A stretch of 64,000 bases of DNA from Octopus bimaculoides (lineage: Eukaryota), in assembly GCF_001194135.2 (NCBI RefSeq), contig NC_068988.1:18531314-18595313 (forward strand), written 5' to 3'. The translations under genes were made by a program, and so were the position numbers. Below, one piece after another: positions 12,600 through 24,606 of this stretch. The notes beneath the pieces are model-generated. The model was not told the origin of the DNA and did no database searches. It saw only the letters and a program-made list of their open reading frames with translations. Numbering within the stretch: the stretch's first letter is position 1; the number at the start of each line of letters is the position of its first letter.

Positions 12600-12883
12600 A
12601 ACTACATGCTATGACAAAATTAACGTGCAAGTGGCTGAGCACTCCACAGACACGTGTACCCTTAACGTAGTTCTCGGGGATATTCAGCGTGACACCGTGT
12701 GACAAGGCTGACCCTTTGAATTACAGGCACAACAGAAACAGGAAGTAAGAGTGAGAGAAAGTTGTGGTGAAAGAGGTTCGCCACCATCCCCTGCCAGAGC
12801 CTCGTGGAGCTTTTAGGTGGGAATCGAAACCGCGGTCCTATCACCGCAAGTCCGCTGTCCTAGCCACTGGGCCATTGCGCCTC
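12600..12883 (-). mobile_element. tRNA-derived SINE family D
   Basis: Head ggcgcaatggcccagtggctagg..ggtttcgattccc (A and B boxes). Body gagaactacgttaagggtacacgtgtctgtggagtgctcag is shared with 29088-29364. Confidence 0.8.
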
Positions 12884-12979
12884 TACTGTCATAACTGATA
12901 TAGAAAGAAAAGGACAAATGCTTCAGTTAATTTGTTTGTTTTTTTGAGGCATTTCTATTAAGTATGCAACCCAGATTGC

Positions 12980-13015
<36 letters not shown>

Positions 13016-13034
13016 TCTGTGTCTCTCTTTCTCT

Positions 13035-13225
13035 CGAGGTGTGGCTGTTGGATAAGAAGCTTGCTTCCCAACCACATGGTTCCAGGTTCAGTCCCACTCT
13101 GTGGAACCTTGGGCAAATGTCTTCTACTATAGCCTCATGCTGACCAAAGACTTGTGAGTGGATTTAGTAGACGGAAACATATGGTTGGTAAGCAAGCTAC
13201 TTACCACACAGCCACTCCTGCGCCT
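13035..13225. mobile_element. Two CORE-like SINE family A fragments in opposite orientation
   Basis: gtggctg..ggttcagtccc..ccttgggcaa on plus (13035-13175), then a reversed head ccacacagccactcctgcgcc (13176-13225). Confidence 0.7.
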
Positions 13226-14663
13226 ATATACACATATATACAAGCATACATATATACGCATACATACAAGCATGCATGCATGCATAAACAGGCCACATAC
13301 ATATTTTTACAAAGCTGGTTATTCACTCCGTAACCAATCAGTGCTTTTCAAGCAACAACAACAGCGAAGATGGTAACTAAGGCAAATGAAAAGACAGAAG
13401 CACAAAACTTCAGATGCTTAAGTATATTTGTCACTACATAAAAGATATTATTCAATATGTCCTACATAAATAGGTCAATAATCAATAAGATATCGACACA
13501 GAAGGCTGACTTTCTTTACTTTGCCTCGGTTAAACAGTAAACCTGAATTGTTTTCTGATGGTAGACTTAAATGTAACACTGCTGATGCTCCACGTCTAAA
13601 AGTCTGAACTAGATGGCTAGAACTCCTTTGGAACAAACAGGACTTTCCACTTTCAACAATCTTACAGTGGCTGTGTGGTAAGAAGCTTGATTCCCAACCA
13701 TATGGTTCTGGTGTAGTAACGCCTTGTCTCGTGCGCATGCGTAGTCATCAATATTCAAGTTTGGCGCCGATATTCCTGCTCTTTCTCGGCTGGCCGGCCA
13801 TGAGTATGGTCGTGTCAAGCTGTCTCTCCAGCATTGCAACTCTGGGGACAGCTCATTCCAACATTCCGACGTCTCAGCAACCAAATGGGCGAAGTGCTGC
13901 CTATTTTCCTCTGCAAATAAATATTGTTGTGTTGATAGTTCAGAGTCAGCGTTACGTTGTTTATTCAGAATTTAATATAGGAAAGCGGGTGTACACCTAA
14001 TGGTGTATAACCACTTTCCTAAAAGTGGTGACCCGACTAAAAGAACAACCGCTGCCACGAAATCTGAACTGCGACCAATAATACTACAATTGGTACCTCG
14101 AGCTAAAAGATCTACGGACCTCATTTCAACAGCCATTGAATTCGTATGCTTCGCGACGTTCAACATCAGGATTGCCTCTACATTCTCATCAAACACAAGT
14201 GAAAAGCTAAGAAAATTTTTTCTACATTAAAGTNNNNNNNNNNNNNNNNNNNNNNNNNNNNNNNNNNNNNNNNNNNNNNNNNNNNNNNNNNNNNNNNNNN
14301 NNNNNNNNNNNNNNNNNNNNNNNNNNNNNNNNNNNNNNNNNNNNNNNNNNTCACACAAAAAAAAACTTCACGGTTATTTCATCCTAACAACTTTTTGAGC
14401 AATTTCCTACATGTTTCACGAGACGTCAATTCATTCTTACACAGCGTCCTCTACTTGCTGAAAATAGCAGTAAAATGCACAGTTACATTTCAGTGAGTAC
14501 ATAACATTTATTGATGTTTACTTGTTCCCAGTTCAGCATATTTCACACCTCTCCGTTTCTCTCGGCCGGAGAATGGAAGAGTTACTGGCTTATCTTCATT
14601 TGCATCGGGATCTTTTGGTCATTTTCGCTCGCAGCTCCGAATTCATGACAGCATTTTCCAGCA

Positions 14664-14900
14664 ATGCCACTCAACGGTACGTCTCAAATAGATGCCCTGT
14701 CCAATTTCTCTCTCCTGATACGCACCAACAACTACCATCCCGCTTCTAATGGAATGGTTGAGCGTTTTCATAGGCAATTTAAGGCTGCCTTACACGCCTC
14801 ACCCAACCCGCAGTCTTGGGTTGAATTTCTTCAAGGTCAACGCTAATGGTCGTACAGAGATTGTGTCTGTCGACCGTCTGAAAAGCGTACCTTTTCAAAC
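14664..14900 (+). pseudogene. Gypsy integrase remnant
   Basis: YHPASNGMVERFHRQFKAAL core motif joined by a deletion to the C-terminal FKVNANGRTEIVSVDRLK motif in another frame. Confidence 0.85.
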
Positions 14901-15152
14901 ACCACTGTCAACATCATTACCACCACACATACAGAACACAACCAGTTTACAGCGACGACATCAACAACCACGACAAACTACAAGCATCGCCCCCCGACGT
15001 TGCCAGCGGCAATACGACTCAACGTACTACCAGCATCATCAACATGACTTCTACACATACACAAGCAACCAACATCAACACACTCGGTTTTCTCGACTCT
15101 GTTAGAGTGGATGTTTCCACTCACGATCAACAGACCAGATAGAAAATGTTCA

Positions 15153-15361
15153 GTACCAGGTAACAGGTCCCAACTAGCATCCGACGCTCAACTACAGCTC
15201 TGCTCACTGACCACAACTTCCTGCGTATTAACATTCTAAATCTTCTTGTGTAACTTTTATAGGATATTCCGTACCAGGTAACAGGTCCCAACTAGCATCC
15301 GACGCTCAACTACAGCTCTGCTCCTTGACCACAACTTCCTGCGTATGGACATGCTATCATC
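15153..15361 (+). repeat. 118-bp tandem repeat in the 3' non-coding region of LTR element 1
   Basis: gtaccaggtaacaggtcccaactagcatccgacgctcaactacagctctgctc at 15153 and 15271, running into an N gap. Confidence 0.85.
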
Positions 15362-16164
15362 NNNNNNNNNNNNNNNNNNNNNNNNNNNNNNNNNNNNNNN
15401 NNNNNNNNNNNNNNNNNNNNNNNNNNNNNNNNNNNNNNNNNNNNNNNNNNNNNNNNNNNNNNNNNNNNNNNNNNNNNNNNNNNNNNNNNNNNNNNNNNNN
15501 NNNNNNNNNNNNNNNNNNNNNNNNNNNNNNNNNNNNNNNNNNNNNNNNNNNNNNNNNNNNNNNNNNNNNNNNNNNNNNNNNNNNNNNNNNNNNNNNNNNN
15601 NNNNNNNNNNNNNNNNNNNNNNNNNNNNNNNNNNNNNNNNNNNNNNNNNNNNNNNNNNNNNNNNNNNNNNNNNNNNNNNNNNNNNNNNNNNNNNNNNNNN
15701 NNNNNNNNNNNNNNNNNNNNNNNNNNNNNNNNNNNNNNNNNNNNNNNNNNNNNNNNNNNNNNNNNNNNNNNNNNNNNNNNNNNNNNNNNNNNNNNNNNNN
15801 NNNNNNNNNNNNNNNNNNNNNNNNNNNNNNNNNNNNNNNNNNNNNNNNNNNNNNNNNNNNNNNNNNNNNAAACTGTCTCTCCAGCATTGCAACTCTGGGG
15901 ACAGCTCATTCCAACATTCCGACGTCTCAGCAACCAAGATTAAAGCTGCCTATTTTCCTCTGCAAATAAATATTGTTGTGTTGATAGTTCAGAGTCAGCG
16001 TTACGTTGTTTATTCAGAATTTAATATAGGAAAGCGGGTGTACACCTAATGGTGTATAACCACTTTCCTAAACTGGGTTCACTTCCACTACATGGTGCCT
16101 TGGGCAAGTGTCTTCTACTATAGCCTCAGGCTGACCAAAGCCATGTGTGGGGGTGTATGTGTTT

Positions 16165-16870
16165 GTTCTGAAAGGTTTCACCAGACTCCAGTTTGATTTG
16201 GCATGGTTTCTATGGCTGGATGCCCTTTCTAATGCCAACCACTTCGAGAGTGTAGTGGGTGCTTTTACATGCCACTGGCATGGGTGCCATTTGTGTGACA
16301 CCAGTATCTGCCACAACTGTGATTTTACTTGGCTCGATGGGTCTTCTTCTCAAGCATGACATAATGCCAAACAGTTTGCTCATTTGCCATTGCCTCCGTG
16401 AGGCCCAACACTCAAAGGGAGCATTTCACGTGCCCCTAGCATTGGCCACTTTGCCTCTATGAGACCCAACACTCAAAAGGTGTTTGCTACGTGCCACCAG
16501 TATAGGTGCCAGTTACGTGACACCAGCATCGGCCACAACTATAATTTCACTTACCTTGATGGGTCTTCTCAAGCACAGCATATGACCAAAGATCTTGGTC
16601 ACTCGTCATTGCCTCTGTGAGGTCCAAGGTTTGAATATCATGCTTCACCACTTCGTCCCATGTCTTCCTGGGTCTACCTCTACCACAGGTTCTCTCCAGT
16701 CAGAGATCAGCACTTCTTTACACAGCTGTCCTTGTCCATATGCATCACATGACCATACCAGTATGGCCATCTCTCTTGCACACCACATCTGATGCTTCTT
16801 ATGCCCAATTTTTCTCTCAAGATGCTTATGCTGCATACTAACATTGCTCATCCATCAGCATACTGGCTTC
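16165..16870 (-). mobile_element. RTE LINE ORF end plus reiterated 3' UTR
   Basis: Minus strand encodes ..YWYGHVMHMDKDSCVKK..RGRPRKTWDEVVKHD..AVLEKTHQGK*. Confidence 0.85.
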
Positions 16871-17594
16871 ATGGATATATATAATGCAAGATTTTTTATG
16901 TGATTTTGTGTGTTGAAGCATATTCTGTTGTGTCTGGGGAGAGGCATTTTCTTATTGTGTCTTAAAATTTAACACACTCACCGTATATATATATATATAT
17001 ATATATAAATTAGGCTTCTCAAAACCAGAAAGGAGAAAGCTAATTTGAAGACTACAACTGTAATAATCTGTAAAACTTCCCAGAAGTTTATCATTGAAGT
17101 ATATACACATACATAAAGCAAAACATACAAATCTGCACATATACATACATACAAAAATACCTTATTAGTGTTGTTGAAAATCCAATGAAGGAGCCTTGGA
17201 TCTAGGTTACAAACCAACACTTTCTCTATTGGCGAGATATTTTGACATTAAACTGAATAAGGACACACAACACACACACACATGTACATACGATGCATTG
17301 AGAGAAAGAGATACACACACATGCATCAACACATTCATAAAACAGACATGCCTTCCTTCACTGATGCAGAGAAGGGCTACCAGAAATACGTATGTGTCAG
17401 ATTTGTTTAGCCATATCTAAGATGTAATCATTGATGGAGTATTATGTATTGTGAATTGTGTATAATTACTGAAGTATGAGGCTACTACCATCATATCAAA
17501 AAAAAAAAATCACAGGCATTAGCAGGATATTGTTTGTTTAATAATTACATTGCTATCAGCCAGTTTTCCTTGTTACCATTTACACACAAAGGAT

Positions 17595-17636
<42 letters not shown>

Positions 17637-17646
17637 NNNNNNNNNN

Positions 17647-17690
<44 letters not shown>

Positions 17691-18338
17691 AGATGGACAC
17701 ATGCAAGAAATAGAACAAACAGAAGAGGTAATTTGTTGTTCTTATCCTATTCAATATCGTTCTCTAAATCTACAAACTCTACACAAACACTAATACAAAT
17801 ACACACACACACACACACATGCACACTCATACACACTCTCAAAAACATGTAAACAAATAAACAAATACATATATATATATTTTTTTTTTTTAAATTATTG
17901 GAAATATCCAATCTGATAATGCTATTGAAATGAGTTTGATTTTTGTTTACGTTTGTTTTTTAGTAAATTTTTAGATTTTTACATTTAGCCTATTTTACAT
18001 TTTATGTATTTATTTATTTATGACATGTTATGTATGTGTGCATGTGTGCACATGCGTATGTGTGTAAAAAATCTGTGCATTTGCATGCACACATGTGCAC
18101 TAACACATATATATATTAGTTTATGGATAGTTTTGTAAACATAAAAATTGTGAATATTATGTGCAAAAGACCCATTTTCAAGCTGGCTCTATGCTTAGAA
18201 GTGAGTATATGTAGAAGTGACTGTCAATAAGTAGATAGTGGCTTCTAAATTTGACCAATGGTTGGCTTCATCTGGCAGACTGACAAAGTCAACAACTGAG
18301 ATAACTTTAAATGTACAATCAATAAAATTATACATACA

Positions 18339-18780
18339 GGCATAGAAGTGGCTGTGTGATAAGATGCTAGTTTCCCAACCACATCGTTCTGGGTTCAATC
18401 GCACTACATGACATCTTGGGCAAGCGTTTGTCATTATAGTCCCAGGCCAACCAGAGTCATGTGACTGGATTTGGCAGATAGAAACTGAAAGAACCTGTTG
18501 TATGCATATGTGTGTGTGTGTGCGTGCACGCCCGTGTGTGTGTGTATGCCCTTGCCTAGACATCACATGATAGTTGTGAGTGAATGTGTCCTCCATTCCA
18601 AATCTTCCACAAAAGCATGTCTGGTTGTGGGGAAATACTTGGATAAAAGGGTGAGAGTTAGCTACAGGAGGAGCATCCAACCATAGAAAATCTTCCTCAG
18701 CAAAATTCCATCCTACCCAATGTGGCATGGGAAATTGAAGATATAAATGATAATGATGATGATGATGATGATGATGATGA
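18339..18780 (+). mobile_element. Family A SINE variant with an RTE-like 3' tail
   Basis: A/B-box head and CCTTGGGCAAG-like core, then an internal (GT)n, then ggag.gcatccaaccatagaaaatc..gcatggga..(GAT)n resembling the RTE end. Confidence 0.7.
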
Positions 18781-19223
18781 TATCTATTATAGGTAAGTAG
18801 ACATTAAAGCATAGCATATGATACTGGCAATAGGTACTCAAAATGGACCAAGTACTTAAACATCCATCATCAATATTACAGGTTTCCCTGAACACCAAAT
18901 CCAGAAACAGCTGTTAAGGATTACCAGCATTTTCCACTCTCTGAATGGTAATTCCCAGGAATTTTGCCAATCTGTCCAGGTTGAACTAATATATGAAGGA
19001 CTACAGGAATTCTCCTCTATCTTATCTGTGACATCGCAGTATGAATATTTATGATTTATGCCTTTCTATGAAGAGTCGCTTACTTTCATTCTCTTGGTTC
19101 TCCAGTTTTTTTTACTAAATTTATATATCTTTTTATACTCATTGCTGTATAACTATGTTATAAATAATTTGAAACCTTTGCAACTAATTGTCTGTTTTTT
19201 TTTATTATTATTATTTTATTATA

Positions 19224-19265
<42 letters not shown>

Positions 19266-19977
19266 AGTGAGTGTGTGTACACATACACATTTATACATAT
19301 ATACATACATTCACAGATACACACACACATGCATACACACTCTACAATCATCCAGTATTCATATGTATATATACAATGACTTATATGGCTAATTTATGAT
19401 GAGATGAATGGCAGCCAAATCTCCCTCAAATCACACCCACCATCTTAAGATATGAACACATTGGATAATGGATACCAGGGTTCCCTGCATATAGATAAAA
19501 GATGGGATGGTCATGACTGGAATGCTTTCGATCATAGGTCAACTCAGGACAAGCTCAAGGCTAAACAACAACAACAACCTTTAGGTATATGAAAATTGAT
19601 GGGAAGGTCATATCTGGAATAATAGACTGGAGCTGACTAAGGGTTAAACAACAGTATTCATTTATTGTAAAAGTATTCATTTATTTTAATTCCTTTGAAT
19701 ATTTTTAATTGCTAAAAAAAAGTTGTTAAAATCACCCATATGCAAATTTCATAGAATTATCAATTTATTTTAAATTCTTTAGAATTATTGTAATTGCCAT
19801 TTTTAATTTATTTTTATTCCTCAGAATAATTTTAATTGCCAAAAGATTTTAAAAATATGTCTGCACTCGAGATCAAACATAAACTGACGTTTTTTGCAGC
19901 ATCAATATTACAGTTTTTAGTAAATTATATTAGATTATTGATAAAAAAATATGTTTTTGCAAAAGGGTAGAGGGTAA

Positions 19978-20287
19978 AGACCCCCGTTGGATTGCACCTA
20001 GAAAGTTATCCCTCCAAGGCACAAGTCTGGGCAAGGTTGTTTGTGGGAGGCCAGCAGTTGCCCATGCATACAAGCCTCCCCTCTCTACACCATCCATATT
20101 ATCTGAGTGAAAGACAAGGGCCAATATAGCTTGGCACCAGAGACGTCACAAATCATTTCTACAGATGAGTGAACTAGAGCAATGTGAAAAAATGTATCTT
20201 GCTCAAGAAAACAACAGATAGCCCGGTCCATGGATTGAACTTAATACCTCATGATTGTAAGCCCAACACTCTCACTACTGAGCCATG
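19978..20287 (-). mobile_element. tRNA-derived SINE family E
   Basis: Homologous to 23832-24163. Confidence 0.75.
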
Positions 20288-20639
20288 CATTTTCTTTATT
20301 ATTTGGCTGTGTGGTTGGAAGTTTGCTTCCTAACCACATGCTTTTGAGTTCAGTCCCACTGTATGGTATCTTGGGCTAATGTCTTCAACTATAGCTTTGG
20401 GAGGGGATTTGGTGGGCAGAAACTGAAATAATTACTGTGTAACACGACTTTTGTCCTTGGATAGCAATTGTTATTTCCTATTTGCTTACACCTAGAAAGT
20501 ATGAAAAATGGTGAATATTTTCTTCAAACGTTGCTTTTCTTGTATTTATTCAAACACCAAAGAATCCCTCTCACCACATGCCTATGATGCTCTCCCAGCT
20601 GATGACCAAAAAGAAAAATTTAAATTTTGTTACATAGTG

Positions 20640-20995
20640 TGAGCATGATCGTTACCAGTGTCGCCTTACTGGCACTTGTGCCGATGGCACATTAGATAAC
20701 ATTTATGCAAGGTCGTTGCCAGTGCTGCCGAACTGGCTCCTGTGCAGGTGGCACATAAAATAGACCATTTTGAGCGTGGCTGTTGCCAGTACCGCCTTAC
20801 TGGCCTTCATGCCGGTGGCACGTAAAAGCACCCACTACACTCTCGGAGTGGTTGGTGTTAGGAAGGGCATCCAGCTGTAGAAACTCTGCCAGATCAGATT
20901 GGAGCCTGGTGCAGCCATCTGGTTCGCCAGCCCTCAGTCAATCGTCCAACCCATGCTAGCATGGAAAGTGGACATTAAACGATGATGATGATGAG
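20640..20995 (+). mobile_element. RTE LINE 3' UTR fragment
   Basis: Subrepeat modules, conserved terminus and (GAT)n tail. Confidence 0.85.
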
Positions 20996-21324
20996 TGTAA
21001 TGTATGTATAAATACTTGTCATTTTATACAAGCACATCATCATATTGCTGTTGTTGTGGAGTCTCATGTTAGCCCTACTTAATCTGTGAGCATGTAATTG
21101 AATTTTTCGAGTGAATTTGATGAGATTTTGAAGAATTACAAGAATCATATGGGTACAGACGTGGTTTAAGAAGTTCACTTTGCAGTTAAGTGATTTCAAG
21201 TTCAGTTCCTTTGTGAGGCACCTTGGTCAAGTGTTCTCTACTATAGCTCCAAGCTTTGTGAGTGAATTTAGTAAATGGAAGCTGTGCAGAAGTCTGGCAT
21301 GTGTGTGTGTGTGTGTGTGTATAC

Positions 21325-21554
21325 ACAGTGCCACCTGACTGGCACCTGTGCTGGTGGCACATAAAAAAATATCATTTGAGTGTGACGATTGCAAGTCCCA
21401 CTTGACTAGCTGTCATGTCAGTAGCATGTAAAAGCACCCACTACACTCTCGGAGTGGTTGGCTTTAGGAAGGGCATCCAGCTGTAGAAACCTTGCTGTCA
21501 GACCATCCAACCCATGCCAGCATAGAAAGCGGACGTTAAGCAACAATGATGATG

Positions 21555-21555
<1 letters not shown>
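21325..21555 (+). mobile_element. RTE LINE 3' UTR fragment (internally deleted)
   Basis: aaaagcacccactacactctcggagtgg..ggaagggcatccagctgtagaaac..(GAT)n. Confidence 0.8.
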
Positions 21556-21592
<37 letters not shown>

Positions 21593-21593
<1 letters not shown>

Positions 21594-22214
21594 TAGCAGT
21601 ATAACCCGACCTTGTCCGGGTGTGACTTATTACGCCATTAAAGTAGCTCCTGGAATGTGGTGAATTGCTGCAGTCTGTTGCTGTCATTTTAAACTGGTTG
21701 CTTTCTTTCCCCGGCAAATTCTCTTCTTTGGAGGCATAAGCTATGTATATAGTAAACAGAACAACAAATATTATAATAGATGGCAGGGTCAGTACTTTTC
21801 ACATATATGTAATTTTTCAGATTAACACCCACACGATTACCCAACCCTAATCCTAACAATAACACTAACACTAACCCTAACCGTAACAATAATCCTAACC
21901 CTAACCGTAACCCTAACCCTAAACCCTAACCCTGGCCCTAAAACCCTAATCCTAACACCCTAGTGAAAATCGTGGTATATTTACAAAGCTTTGACGAACA
22001 TGAGTTATATTTCACTGAATGATTGTGTACTTGCATGTGTATGCGTTTGAGAGAGCGAGAGAGGAAGAGGTAGAGAGGGGGAGAAAGGAATAGAGGAAGT
22101 TAAAAGTTTTCTTATGACGGCTTCTCTTCACTGCCTATTACTTCATTAGAAATCTATGGATGCACATAAGCACATAATAGAGAAAAATGAAACAAATATG
22201 GACGACTTGCTCCG
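21593..22214 (-). mobile_element. Non-autonomous Helitron (3' end at 21593) with a telomere-like internal tract
   Basis: Minus strand reads cccggac-aag-gtcggg hairpin, ttatactg, CTAG|T next to an (AT)n tract. The 5' end is not seen and may lie in the gap. Confidence 0.6.
21838..21962. repeat. Degenerate (CCCTAA)n/(TTAGGG)n-like tract
   Basis: ccctaa, cctaac, cactaa and ccgtaa hexamer variants over about 120 bp. Confidence 0.85.
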
Positions 22215-22946
22215 NNNNNNNNNNNNNNNNNNNNNNNNNNNNNNNNNNNNNNNNNNNNNNNNNNNNNNNNNNNNNNNNNNNNNNNNNNNNNNNNNNNNNN
22301 NNNNNNNNNNNNNNNNNNNNNNNNNNNNNNNNNNNNNNNNNNNNNNNNNNNNNNNNNNNNNNNNNNNNNNNNNNNNNNNNNNNNNNNNNNNNNNNNNNNN
22401 NNNNNNNNNNNNNNNNNNNNNNNNNNNNNNNNNNNNNNNNNNNNNNNNNNNNNNNNNNNNNNNNNNNNNNNNNNNNNNNNNNNNNNNNNNNNNNNNNNNN
22501 NNNNNNNNNNNNNNNNNNNNNNNNNNNNNNNNNNNNNNNNNNNNNNNNNNNNNNNNNNNNNGTGTGTAAGAACGCTGTTCCAGGTAGAAGGGAAGAAATA
22601 TAAAAGTTGCTAGAAACAACAGCCAAATCTCCCTTAAATCACACAAAGTAAACGGAATTTTAAAAATCTAATTACTGCACTGGAAAGTTCACATCGAGAA
22701 AATTCCATTGATGTATAAATTTTTACGAAATATTGGAAAATGTGGATTTCTATAGATGCAACACACACACACACACACAAACTCAGCTATACTATAGTTA
22801 TAGATATATTGAAGCAAGAGAGAAAACAATAGAAGCACAGTAAACCATCATCATCATTGTTGTATTGTCTGCTTTTCCAATCTTTTAGAGGTTAGATGGG
22901 ATTTGTTGAGGTGGACTTTTAGTAGTATTATTAATCTTCAATAAAC

Positions 22947-23295
22947 TTTTTATTTTAGCTAGGTTTTTCTTTTTCGATATTTTCGTTATTATTTTAATAA
23001 TTATAATACGTATTTACCTCTGGTAATGGACGCCATGTTTATCACGTGACTTTTCAGTATTAATTTCCATAGCATTATTTACGTAATATAGAATTTTCGT
23101 ATGTGTATAGTTATTACTCTGCGTTAATTTGCAAGTTTAAGTATTTTAGTATTTTTAATCCTCAAGAATCTTTTTATTTTAGGTAGATTTTCTTTTTCGA
23201 TATTTTCGTTATTATTTTAGAAATTATAATACGCGTGTACTTCTGGGTAATAGACGCCATTTATCACGTGACCTTTTAGTATAAATTCTATAACC
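22947..23295. repeat. Two diverged copies of a block of about 125 bp at about 224-bp spacing
   Basis: tttttattttag..ttttcgatattttcgttattatttta..gacgccat..tatcacgtgac at 22947 and 23171. Confidence 0.8.
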
Positions 23296-23795
23296 CAGCC
23301 ATTTTTGATTTAGTCTACTGTTTATCCACCGGCAGATAAGTCAGGTTTTCTTATCTTAATTTTAATTTTATAAACAATATTGACATCTGTCTTTTAGTAA
23401 CTTTATACACTAACACATTTTTTAAAACTATTATCTACTTATTTCATAATGTTTTAACCTTGTTTACTATAATACTCTTTTTCAATATTTTTAGATTGTA
23501 ACTTTTAATAATTATATTAATACCGTTAATGTAGGGATTGGTTTACAGATTTTGTCTCTTTATATATATATTTTTATTTCTCATGTTTATGTTTATTCCT
23601 TGAATGATTTTAGGTATTTTCTTAGGGATTTGACCTTGGGAGTAAAATCCTTTCCCCGTTCTAATCAACTTGTATAGAATTTGTTTATGATTTTATATAG
23701 TCCTATTTCAGCCATGAAACGCTCGTAGTTTATATACTAGCACTAACTTTTTACATATATACTTCTATACTGTATATTAATGTTGACTGTCTAGT

Positions 23796-23831
<36 letters not shown>

Positions 23832-23835
<4 letters not shown>

Positions 23836-24163
23836 TGAGACCCCCTTCGGTCATTACTGACCCTGGGATTGCACCTAGAAAGTTACCTTCTCAGGCATAA
23901 GTCCGGGCAAGGTTGTTTTATGGAAGACCAGCAGTCGCCCATGCATACCGGCCTCCCCTCTCCACACCACCAGTATTATCCAAGGGAAAGGCAAAGGCCG
24001 ATACAGCCTGGCACCTGTGACGTCACAACTTATTTCTACAGCTGAGTGAACTGGAGCAACGGGAAATAAAGTGTCATGCTCAAGAACACAACATGCAGCC
24101 TGGTCCGGGATTTGAACTCACAACCTCACAATCATAGGCTCGACATTCTAACCACTGAGCCAT
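23832..24163 (-). mobile_element. tRNA-derived SINE family E (near full length)
   Basis: Minus-strand head atggctcagtggttagaatgtcg..gagttcaaatcc; CORE-like gttcttgagcatgacac; tail ..gaagggggtctcagca. Confidence 0.8.
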
Positions 24164-24224
24164 ATTTATACATACATGCATGTATGTATGTATGTATATT
24201 TTTGCCAAGACTACAGACACACAG

Positions 24225-24263
<39 letters not shown>

Positions 24264-24264
<1 letters not shown>

Positions 24265-24606
24265 TACTCTCTCTTTTACTCGTTTCGGTCATTTGACTGC
24301 GGCCATGCTGGAGCACCACCTTTAGTCGAACAAATCGACCCCAGGACTTATTTTTGTAAGCCTAGTACTTATTCTATTGGTCTCCTTTGCCGAACCGCTA
24401 GGTGACAGGGACGTAAACACACCAGCATCGGTTGTCAGGTAATGCTAGTGGGGACAAACACAGACATACAAACACACACACACACATACATATATATATA
24501 TACATATATACGACAGGCTTCTTTCAGTTTCCGTCTACCAAATCCACTCACAAGGCTTTGGTTGGCCCGAGGCTATAGTTGAAGACACTTGCCCAAGGTG
24601 CCATGC
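24264..24606 (-). mobile_element. Composite family A SINE (head lost in gap)
   Basis: Same body, internal microsatellite and 3' domain as 36990-37407. Confidence 0.85.

Larger units (their letters stand above)
13712..16072 (+). mobile_element. Non-autonomous, internally deleted Gypsy LTR retrotransposon (element 1) inserted in a family A SINE
   Basis: 5' LTR 13712-14023 (TGTAG..CTAAA); PBS TGGTGACCC-GAC at 14026; the 3' LTR ends at 16072; TSD CTGG at 13708-13711 and 16073-16076. The SINE head (13669-13711) resumes at 16073. Confidence 0.85.

Noticed and set aside
12820-12883. tRNA gene (also heads at 24100-24163, 30519-30580, 39043-39130)
   Set aside because: A and B boxes are present but there is no complete cloverleaf. 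Each continues into a multi-copy SINE body.
13313-13375. Candidate small plus-strand exon (aag|CTGGTT..GATG|gtaact); similar candidates near 8909, 39420 and 41374
   Set aside because: Splice-like motifs are common in AT-rich DNA, the peptides are unrecognised, and no coherent gene model links them.
18886-18916. Hammerhead-like CCCTGAAC..CCAGAAAC-AGCT-GTT
   Set aside because: The core is not CUGANGA and stem II does not pair. At most it is a decayed relic.
21838-21962. True telomere or chromosome end
   Set aside because: The tract is short, degenerate, internal and inside a putative Helitron.
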